Source: Haplodiscus bocki
Taxonomy: Eukaryota
Assembly (NCBI GenBank): GCA_965655095.1
Contig: OZ296649.1
Location: forward strand, 93,000,001-93,064,000
DNA length: 64,000 bases
Reading direction: 5' to 3'
The notes below the pieces were generated by a model, which worked only from the letters and a program-made list of their open reading frames with translations, ran no database searches and was not told the origin of the DNA. Shown piece after piece: positions 56,221-64,000 of the stretch (the first letter of the stretch is position 1; each line of letters opens with the position of its first letter). The translations under genes and the position numbers were made by a program.

Positions 56221-56646
56221 TCAACATCTGCAGATACCTTCACTGATGTCGCGATCTTCTTCTGGGCCAGCGTTTCGAGTTGATTGGCCGTGGAAGAGAC
56301 CCGCTTCAGGATGAGGATCATTCTGGGAGTCGTCCTCATTCGTTCCCTGGTTATTTCTTAAAGCGCTCCGGGCGGGCTCTGGAGTGGCTCCGGAGTACCC
56401 CGGTAGCAATGGGTTCATCAGAAAGTCATCAAGTCGCGCCAGCGCGCCTAGAATGCGATTTTCCGTTCTACTAAACTCTTTTGACAGTCTTTTTGTAACC
56501 CTTCCCTCAATTTCCTCAGAAACTTGAGTTATGTAATCTTCTTGCGATCTAGGAGCGCTTAAGTTTTGTGCCAAGTTGCTCCTAGGGTGTTCTTCACAAT
56601 TTTCTTTGTTCAACGCTGCTAACTTCCTCTTATTCCGAGTTGTCAT
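56221..56646 (-). CDS. Probable Gag N-terminus encoded inside the LTR, truncated at the LTR end (last ~8 codons are flanking DNA)
   Basis: ORF MTTRNKRKLAA...YITQVSEEIEGRVTKRLSKEFSRTENRILGAL is open for 400 nt up to the LTR end at 56247. Homologous peptides at 6660-6875 (+) and ~7680-7922 (-). Gag identity is inferred from position. Confidence 0.65.
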   Translation of the reverse strand: MTTRNKRKLAALNKENCEEHPRSNLAQNLSAPRSQEDYITQVSEEIEGRVTKRLSKEFSRTENRILGALARLDDFLMNPLLPGYSGATPEPARSALRNNQGTNEDDSQNDPHPEAGLFHGQSTRNAGPEEDRDISEGICRC

Positions 56647-58110
56647 TTTTGAGGGGAAAAGTATTTATCAGTCAGTAATACTTTATTATTTGAGTCAAAG
56701 AGAATGAGAAATCAACTTGCTTCTAGCAGTAACAGAGAATGTTCAGAAAGAAATTTTAAGAGTACTGGGTTAATATCATCAGTAGCATACAAATATCAAT
56801 TGTGTCTTGTATTTTCATTTCTCCTATTTATACTTTTTCCTGGCGGGAAACATAATTGTTTACCCGCCAAGTCAAAGTACAAATAGGGAAAAATACTTCT
56901 GACTACAGCACATCAAAGTTAAAAAATGCCGACTCAGGCGGGAAATAAACAACTTTTCCATCCATCTCTTTCATCATAGGACGCGCCTTTCCCGTCTTCC
57001 GACAGAAAATTGACGGTCCTAATCCGTCGGAGATGGACATCAAAGTGTTTATTCCCGCGCCGACAAGTTGTTTGTTGTATACTCCATAGATGGAAAGTTC
57101 AGAGAATTTCCTTGTTTAGGAGAGTAAAAAATAAAATTACGAAAATGAAGAAAGTAAATTAAAATACAAAATGCATGACTTCATCACATTTAATCATCAC
57201 CTTCATGTTCATATCACCATCATCTAATTAAGCTTTCAGTATTTTGGAAATGAGGAGAAACTAGTATAATTACCAATTCACTCCTCGTTCCGCCTAGTAG
57301 CTACTAGTGGTCTCCGGAGCAGCTCCGTAGCCACTAGTAGTGCAAGTTAATATTTCAGTCTGCTACTAGTGGCCTCCGGAGGCGCTCCGTAGCCACTAGT
57401 AGTACGAGTTAATATTTCAGTCTGCTACTAGTGGCCTCCGGAGGCGCTCCGTAGCCACTAGTAGTACGAGTTAATATTTCAGTCTGCTACTAGTGGCCTC
57501 CGGAGGCGCTCCGTAGCCACTAGTAGTACGACTCAATTTAGTCGGCCGTGAACGAATTAGGAGTGAATACGGAGTCACTCCGTAATCACCATAGCACTGT
57601 AGCACGGCATAGTTAAAATAATATTAATGACGTCACCAAACTAGTGACGACGGAACACGTACGGAACAAATATTCACTCCGAGAGTCAATTTGTTACGAG
57701 TAAGCCGCTTTGATACGAGCACTTCTAAAAGTCAATCACTGCATTTATTACTACTAATTACTGCAATTGTACCGAAAAGGTGGATCTATATTTTATCTAA
57801 ATAAATAGATAATTAAGTAAATTAATATAAAAATAGCACCTTTAAGGAAACAATTGCTCTGTGAATACTTATATTGCTCCGTAACGGTTCCGTCCTAGTT
57901 TGGATCAGTTGATATTTTCTGTGCATTTGTTATGGATACGTACTTCATACGTATCCGTATATATGCACATTGATTAAGGAATGGTCTAAAAATGAATAAT
58001 TATGAGTCTGATTAATATTAGAGTTTCGGGTTTTAAGTTTCTGGTTGATTGTTGGGATGTCTTTATCTATGGAAGAGGTTGTCCGCATGCCTCGCAGGTG
58101 TGCTGCGACA
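56247..58110 (-). repeat. 3' LTR, 1864 bp
   Basis: Termini TGTCGC/GCGACA. Homology to 5378-6977 starts and stops at the same boundaries; shared blocks include 57865-57907 vs 5548-5595, 57630-57690 vs 5757-5820 and 56925-57060 vs 6198-6335. Confidence 0.88.
57300..57531. repeat. 62-bp tandem hairpin array inside the LTR (~3.7 copies)
   Basis: Unit GCTACTAGTGGCCTCCGGAGGCGCTCCGTAGCCACTAGTAGTACGAGTTAATATTTCAGTCT starts at 57300 (variant), 57362, 57424 and 57486; each unit has an 11-bp stem CTACTAGTGGC/GCCACTAGTAG. Confidence 0.95.
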
Positions 58111-58744
58111 CTCCCCCCTTTTTGGGAAAAGACATTCCCATACTCAGCCTTCTCTTTCTTCGTGGAGGAGGCGGCGGTGTGGATGGAGGGCTTGGACTGG
58201 GATATACTCTTCGGGGTTCACCTGACTCAAAAGTCTCGTTAAGGGAAGCATCCCAGTATACCCGTCTTGGATCGTTATCAGACGAATGAAAGGTATTGTC
58301 ATCCGTTGTAGTGTGCGGCGTCTCCAATCCACTTTTTGTACTAATGTTCATCGGCGGAGTTGAAATTGGTGACGGATCAGACGGCTCGGGTGATTGGGGG
58401 CTGTCTTCCTGATCATGCTGTACAACGGCCATAGATGCTAGTATGTTAAAGGGATTGGCCGGCAAATTAAGATCATTTAAACTTGGCGGCACTATCGGGT
58501 ATTGGGCTCCGAAGGCATATGGGAGAGTCGGCTCATTAGAGTCAGAGTCAATGGTGACTATTTGTGGCTCCGGAGAGGCGACGGAGGAAATCGTGATCGT
58601 CTCCGGGTCTATAGCTCCCGATAGCTGCGTCGAGTTCAAGATAACCGGAGTATTGTGTCTGATGGGGCTCCTTTCTGGCGAAGATTGCTCCACATAGAAA
58701 ACATCAGAGTCTGTTGACGAATTAAGTGGAATATTCCGATACAT
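58067..58744 (-). CDS. Sense-strand Ser/Pro-rich accessory ORF (225 aa) overlapping the PPT and the first 44 bp of the 3' LTR; C-terminal basic patch and HxCxxC
   Basis: Intact ATG-to-stop ORF. A homologous decayed frame at 5109-5435 (AAIAVI..DEENP*S..SMPPMTIST..SPSTPPFPRKQKR..RGGVSQHSCEACGQVLP) shows amino-acid-level conservation. Confidence 0.7.
   Translation of the reverse strand: MYRNIPLNSSTDSDVFYVEQSSPERSPIRHNTPVILNSTQLSGAIDPETITISSVASPEPQIVTIDSDSNEPTLPYAFGAQYPIVPPSLNDLNLPANPFNILASMAVVQHDQEDSPQSPEPSDPSPISTPPMNISTKSGLETPHTTTDDNTFHSSDNDPRRVYWDASLNETFESGEPRRVYPSPSPPSTPPPPPRRKRRLSMGMSFPKKGGVSQHTCEACGQPLP
58111..58123 (-). promoter_or_regulatory. Polypurine tract (plus-strand primer)
   Basis: AAAAAGGGGGGAG abuts the LTR TG. 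The homologous AAAAGAGGGGGAG lies at 5365-5377 (+). Confidence 0.85.
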
Positions 58745-59113
58745 CGTAATAAAGTTTGAATTATTTTAGGGCTGCTGCTTATTGACAAAGTGACTTGAAA
58801 AGTGATGATATTACTGAAACGTAAGTCGGCACATGCCGTTAGGCGGGAGACGCTTTGAAGTTCCCGCGGTTTCAGTAAAAGTATTAGAGTCGCTGAATTG
58901 GCGGTGTAACTGAAGTTGATGATTGGTAAACAAAATGAAGATGAGATTTTAGGAATGAGGAAATTTTGAGTTCCACTCCTCAATGTATCCTTGAAATAAT
59001 TGCTGACGTCATTGCTGGCAGACAAATCGGTCAAATTAAATAATCATGATAATTAATGAATAAAATTATAAATCCACCGTGTAATAGTTGAAAAGTAAGC
59101 CACGCCGTTCATC
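58745..59113. promoter_or_regulatory. Candidate internal (possibly bidirectional) promoter between divergent accessory genes
   Basis: 369-bp AT-rich gap between head-to-head ATGs (58744 - and 59114 +). CRE-type palindrome TGACGTCA at 59004-59011 and TATAAAT at 59067-59073. Confidence 0.45.
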
Positions 59114-62100
59114 ATGTCTGATGAGAGACAGCAAAAGAAGAAGAAGAGTCGAGTGGTCGTGAGAGACGAAAGTTGTTGTCAGTTGGAGAGTTCCGGAGCA
59201 GCTCCGGATGTCATTGTGTCCCCTTTTGGTCAGTTCCCCCCTGATCTCCCCATTGTGCATGAGGCTGTTGTGAGTGAAGAGGCGAGGAGAAGAGTGGATG
59301 ACGAGGGCACGGAGGCTGATGATGAGTCAGAAATCATCTCTGTGGGTGGACCTCTGTCAATTGTCTGCGAGTCTGAGGGAGTCACGTTCGAGGAGGCAGT
59401 CGGGAGGGCTGGCCTCATTTCAGGAACGGACAATGCTGTTGATACTGCTGGGCTACCGATTTGTTAGTTTTCAAGCTTCTCGGAAAATCCATTAACTTTT
59501 TTTGGGATGTCACACTGGCCAGTTGTTCGATCCGTTAAGTTAGTTGTCATGCGCGCATAATCAGGAGAAGTTGACTTTACCAACGGGTTGTATTTTAGTG
59601 TATGATTCTGCTGGTGAGCCTGCCAAGCATTCCGTTCGTGGCAGTGGAGAGTGTTCTGCTTCAGGCAGCGAATTTGGAGTTGGAGGAGCAACTTCAGGAG
59701 AAGACTTTCCCCGGAGAGCTTCCCGGAGAGCTCCGTTGGCAGCTGTTGCTGAGAGTTGGTATTGCTCTCGCATAATTATCATGGTAGTGTTTCCAGGGTA
59801 TTTTCATGATTGCATTCTGTATTTCAGGCACTGAAGAAGCGATAGGTGGAGATGGAGCCGAAGAGGTGTCCACTGGCTTGGAGAGCGAGGGTGTGGTGCG
59901 CAGGAGACGGGCAGTTGTTACTAGGCAGCTAGTACCGCTCGCTGGGGGGCCCCAGCATTGTCTTCCTGTGGCCAACTCAAGCCAAGATCGGAGTCGTCAA
60001 CTGCTGGAGAAGGCGTTTGATGAGGGTATACCTTTGTTTTAAATGAGTAGCCTTCTAGTATGACTCCTCGTTGGCTCCATGTTTGTGATCCACATTTGTC
60101 TGTTTTAGATCAGTACTCTGGAGATCCTTCATCATCTGTGATTCGAGCGACAGGGCATCAGTTGGTGTCTCTCTGCCGTTCAGTAGTTGAGGAGGAGAAG
60201 AATCAGCTCCTGGGTCCATTGATGACCAGTTAGTCCTCCGGAACTGTTCCGTATGACTCCGTAATTCTGTGGTTTCATGATTTGTTTTTCGTTTGCAGAG
60301 CTTGATGAGGTGTTGGGCAAACTCGGTCAGGGGCCGTCCATACCACAGCAGCAGCAACATCGTGTGAGTGACACGACAGATACCAGTGGGGAGGACACTG
60401 ATGTGGAACAACCTCGTCGGCGGGTGCGCTCCAGACGCACCTTCAAAATGAAGAAGGGTTACGCTGTTGGGGAATTGGCTCAGTTTTTCGTCACCGGGCC
60501 CACTGATGCTGCAAATAAACTGAGCGAGTTTTACTGCAGAGTATGCAGGAAGGACGTGTCGGTTCGTACACACGGGGAGTACGAGATCATCCGGCACTTC
60601 CAAGGACACCGCCATTTTTCTCGCGATCAGCGACTTCGGCTCGAGACACCTGGTTGGCGGGTGTTGGACTTTGACGGCAACCCACTCCCTGAAGACGAGC
60701 TTGAGAGACAGCGGGAGAGAATTATGCTTGCTCCATTAGTCGTTCGGGACCGAGAATATCCTTTTCGGGAGGATTTGATTCCGGATGCCTCCGGAAGTGT
60801 GGACGCTCAGCTTCCGTTGTTGGCCAAAGTCTCTTGCCTGATTGATAATCTGCAGTTGGGTGGGAGCTACGAGCTGGTGGAAAAGCTGTGGGAGCGCTTT
60901 GTGTTGACGGCCAGTCAAATCAATGTGACCGTTGCTTGGTCCCGCGATGAGGTTTTGGTTAGTTCCGTAGTACCTCCGGATCCATATGGACTAATTGGTT
61001 TCAATTCGAGTAACATTTTTGTTTCTGTTTTAGTCCATTTTGCTGAACGGAATGCTGCCGAGGATCTTGACACGTGTTGTTGAGTGGGTGAGGGCACATC
61101 GGCAGTTCGGTGTGGAGTTTGTAACTCACGGCTCTGCAACTTGGGTGTTCGTGAGGACGTGGAAGGCTGGGGAGTTTGTTCGGGTAGCGGTAGCCATCAT
61201 TGACCGCTATTATGGCGATGCAAGCAGTGAGCTGGCGATTCTGGGAAAGATCCTGAGCGCGGTGGGCAGCGGGGCATCACTGGTTTCTCTCTCTGGCGGC
61301 TCCCACACATTAGTAGAGTGCTACAAGGAGTACCTCGGCAGTGGGTACACGAAGACCTTTGTAGATTACCCGGTTTTCGATGCAAGGTTGCTGAAGCGAT
61401 GCCTGCAAAAGACTGCATCACTTGTGTTCGGGACATTGGACCCCTTTTCAATGACAGAGTTAATTGTGGTGAGGCTGAAGGGGGCGGAGCATCGAGACTG
61501 GATGCAGTCAAGGCAGTCTCTTCGTCGGGCCATTGAGACGGGCGATCTTTCTCTTCCCGGTCTTCTTGATGTTGTGAGCAACATCATTGGTGTGTGGCCG
61601 CTGATCGTCTCGTATCTCAAAGAGACTGGAAAGAAAGACAGCGGAGATAGCCTTGTGGTATGGTTCTTCCTTTTGCGCTTCTTTGCCATCTAGCGCCCAT
61701 AGTCATCTCTGTTTTCTTGTTTAGAAAAAAGGGGTAGATGGATACTTTTATGTCGACCAACTGGGCAGAATGAGGTTCCGTCTGTTCCATCTTATCCTCG
61801 AAATGTGTTAGTATTTCCACCAACATGTCACCATGGTGTAGTAGCTGCCATTCTCTTGCGATTTTGGGCTATGGGAATTCTAGGAGTCAACTTGGAGTGC
61901 TCCTAGTGGCCTCCTCATTTTCACATTTTCGGGATTTCTAGGAGTCAACTTGGAGTGCTCCTAGTGGCCTCCTCATTTCAGGCTGGTGAGAGAATTCTAG
62001 GAGCCAACTTGGAGTGCTCCTAGTGGCCTCCTCATTTCAGGCTGGTACTCAGTGGCATTCTTCTGTTTCAGACAACAACAACTTCAGCGCAGAACAGACT

Positions 62101-63489
62101 CCTGGCAGTGGGTACGGGTATCGGGCGTATGGCGAGCTGTCCCACTTTGTGTATTGCATCCTGCAAAAGATCAAGAAGAGTGAGTCGCTTCCCTTGGTGG
62201 AGAAATGGGAAGATTACATGCTGCCGAACCACTCTTCATTCGCTGCCATTGCTGATGAGCATTTTCTCGTGGGGACCCGCATCCATGCAGCTTTAGAGAA
62301 GATGTCGAGCCCGTACTTGCGGAAAGAGTTCCGGACTGGTGCCCGTCATTTCCTTGACGAATTTTGCAGCACCATTTTGTCAACCGTGGCTGCCAGATCA
62401 AAACTGGGACAGGGAGTCAGCTGTTTCTGCCCTGAAATCATTCTCGGAGGCGATGACTATTCCGCCTTTTTCTTGTTTGGACAGCTTCTGGATGGACTTG
62501 TGGAGTGTGGTTGGGAGAAGGGATCCCACATTGAGGCTTGCAAAGCCGAATTTCAATCGTTTGTCCGGGAGCAGCGCCAGTTGGAACGTCATTCCACGAG
62601 GAAGCGTCCTGATGTAGGGAACATCCTGGCCTACTTCGCTCATCAATCCGGATTTCAGAGTCGCAAGCACCTGTTCCGCGTAAGTAGTCGCACCAGTTCC
62701 ACGGTAGCCTTCATTGTAAGCACTAATTGTAAGTCTTTGTTGCAGGTGTACCAATTGACGACCTTGTTTCTTCGGGAATCTGTTGAGGACTTGCCCGCAT
62801 TCACTGTCAAGTTGACTGGAATTGCTTTGAGTCGCCGGCTTGTGGAGAAGTCAATTGCGTGCATTCAGGATTTTGTGCGGTCGCCTCGGTTTACCCAGCG
62901 CGATTTCTTTAGCGACAATGGGGTGAACTTGCTCGTTTCTGCCGTGAATGCTGCTGGTTCGATGCGCGACCAATCCACTTGCGAGCCTTGGGCGAATGTT
63001 CTTCCTGATGGTTATGAGGCTACTTTTGCTGATCTCAGGAAGGCGTATGATGTTGTGGTGGTTAGGCGGAAGGAGGCACGCGATACATCAGAGAGATGGT
63101 TCGGGGTGCGCAGTGTCGAGTCCTCTGAAGTTGGGGAGTCATCTGGTCGGGCTGGAGTGAGAATCTCCAATGTTGTTGAAGTTGGACAGGTCGAATACTT
63201 GTCTGGGTCGGTACCTGCTCGGGATCAGCCTTGCAGCAGCACTACAGTGTCTCCTCGAAGCCCTGGGAAAGGAAAGCGAAAGAGAAGCGTGACACCTACT
63301 CCTGCTGTTGGACCCAAACGACTGTTTGAGTTTAATGACGAGTCGATTGTTCTGCCACAGGGGAGGGGGGTATATTTCGAAGATCCAAATTTTGAATGCG
63401 CGTTGAGGAGTCAAGAAAAAACTGCTGCATCTCGCCGGAGTGGTCGCAGTCGCCGTGCTGCACCAGTCTTCCAGTCTAGTCCCCGATAA
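59114..63489 (+). CDS. Antisense 9-exon accessory gene inside the retrotransposon; 1179-aa protein with BED-like C2H2 zinc finger and hAT-transposase-like body
   Basis: Exons: 59114-59462, 59599-59754, 59828-60025, 60109-60228, 60299-60957, 61034-61657, 61725-61806, 62072-62679, 62746-63489. Total 3540 nt = 1180 codons with no internal stop. All 8 introns are GT-AG with pyrimidine-rich acceptors (66-265 bp) and matching phases (1,1,1,1,0,0,1,0). The model joins the listed ORFs at 59114, 59544, 59806, 60277, 61040 and 62014. Zinc-finger motif FYCRVCRKDVSVRTHGEYEIIRHFQGHRH; basic NLS-like patches KKKKSR and KGKRKR. Confidence 0.85.
61875..62046. repeat. ~58-59-bp tandem repeat (3 copies) in intron 7 of the antisense gene
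   Basis: TTCTAGGAG(T/C)CAACTTGGAGTGCTCCTAGTGGCCTCCTCATTT occurs in units starting at ~61875, ~61933 and ~61992. Confidence 0.93.
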
Positions 63490-63840
63490 CTTAACATATC
63501 ATTTGCATTTTAAATTATATTTAGTATTTAGAGTATGTAGTTAACTGTCTATAGCCCGCTGTCACTTTACAGAGTTGAGTAGTAGTTGAGTATGTCGCCA
63601 GGGTGTATCCTCAAAATGTTAGGAGTAGCTTGTATGTACTCCGTATTGTGTCCGTCGCCATTATTTTTGGGAAATTTCAGGAGATTTGCGGGATGTCTCC
63701 GGAGGCACTCCGGAGACATACTGATTCTGAGTTCTGTCGGGGAACGTGTATGGGCTCCGGATGCGCTCCGTATCACATTCCCAAAATCCACATTTGGTAT
63801 CCGTAGTTGTTCCGGATACATGCCAAGGCAGACTAACGAT

Positions 63841-63999
63841 TTAATATCTGTAATCGTCATTGCAATTTGGCCTTGGATTGTGGCGTAGGTTATATTTTGA
63901 GCTGCGGGGGTTGGTGGGCGTAGGGTCAATTCGCTCTACGCTGTTGTCCGCATCAAGCTGCATGTAGTGATCCGTATCGGCTCCGTCGTCTATTTCATC
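63841..63999 (-). CDS. Probable C-terminal tail of Pol/integrase (partial, open at window edge)
   Basis: Frame DEIDDGADTDHYMQLDADNSVERIDPTPTNPRSSKYNLRHNPRPNCNDDYRY* is open from the edge, on the same strand as the LTR/PPT. The basic 'YNLR' tail resembles gypsy-type integrase C-termini. Only 52 aa are visible. Confidence 0.55.
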   Translation of the reverse strand, partial: DEIDDGADTDHYMQLDADNSVERIDPTPTNPRSSKYNLRHNPRPNCNDDYRY

Positions 64000-64000
64000 T

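Larger units (their letters stand above)
56247..64000 (-). mobile_element. LTR retrotransposon (probably Ty3/gypsy-like), 3' portion: pol C-terminus, ~5.7-kb accessory region, PPT and 3' LTR; continues beyond window end
   Basis: On the minus strand the purine tract AAAAAGGGGGGAG (58123-58111) is immediately followed by TGTCGC (58110). The repeat ends GCGACA at 56247, giving a 6-bp terminal inverted repeat (TG...CA). The same PPT+TGTCGC start and ...CACA end recur in the decayed copy at 5365-6977. An open frame entering from the window edge stops at 63841. Superfamily is inferred because RT/IN cores are outside the window. Confidence 0.85.

Noticed and set aside
57300-57531. CRISPR-like palindromic repeats with spacers
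   Set aside because: The inter-hairpin sequences are identical rather than unique spacers, there are no cas genes, and the context is a eukaryotic LTR.
5108-58110. Left (+) and right (-) LTRs as the two ends of one giant element or inverted repeat
   Set aside because: They are in opposite orientation, both are 3' LTRs with their own PPT, they are strongly diverged, and an assembly gap separates them.
62014-63489. 491-aa ORF as a stand-alone gene (likewise 60277-61083 and 61040-61693)
   Set aside because: Their ends run into intronic or repeat sequence; they are better explained as exons of one spliced gene.
63567-63929. 120-aa minus-strand ORF
   Set aside because: TTG start, overlaps the more plausible pol-tail frame and the motif-rich spacer; no supporting features.

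Overview
AT-rich, repeat-dominated eukaryotic scaffold (probably an invertebrate) with two 200-N gaps (4908-5107, 52741-52940). I found no recognisable host housekeeping gene, rRNA, tRNA or CRISPR array. (1) 56247-64000, minus strand: the 3' part of an apparently young LTR retrotransposon. It has a 1864-bp 3' LTR (TGTCGC...GCGACA), a polypurine tract, and a probable pol C-terminus at the window edge. The ~5.7-kb accessory region between pol and the LTR carries an intact ANTISENSE 9-exon gene (1179 aa, BED-like zinc finger, hAT-transposase-like but apparently catalytically dead) and a sense Ser/Pro-rich ORF that runs through the PPT into the LTR. A CTCCG-N6-CTCCG motif recurs across the element's LTR array, introns and spacers. 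(2) Two decayed relatives of the same LTR lie at 5108-6977 (+) and ~7521-8315 (-). (3) A ~19-kb imperfect palindrome (~27900-46900, centre ~36700) has patchy arm identity, including a ~750-bp near-identical core. (4) That palindrome is embedded in a degenerate ~76-bp satellite with ~1.84/1.72-kb higher-order repeats (12530-29860, 44890-51775). (5) Small fold-back/MITE-like elements are also present. Exon structure, LTR ends and repeat geometry were read directly from the sequence. Percent identities are by-eye estimates and protein family calls are inference.
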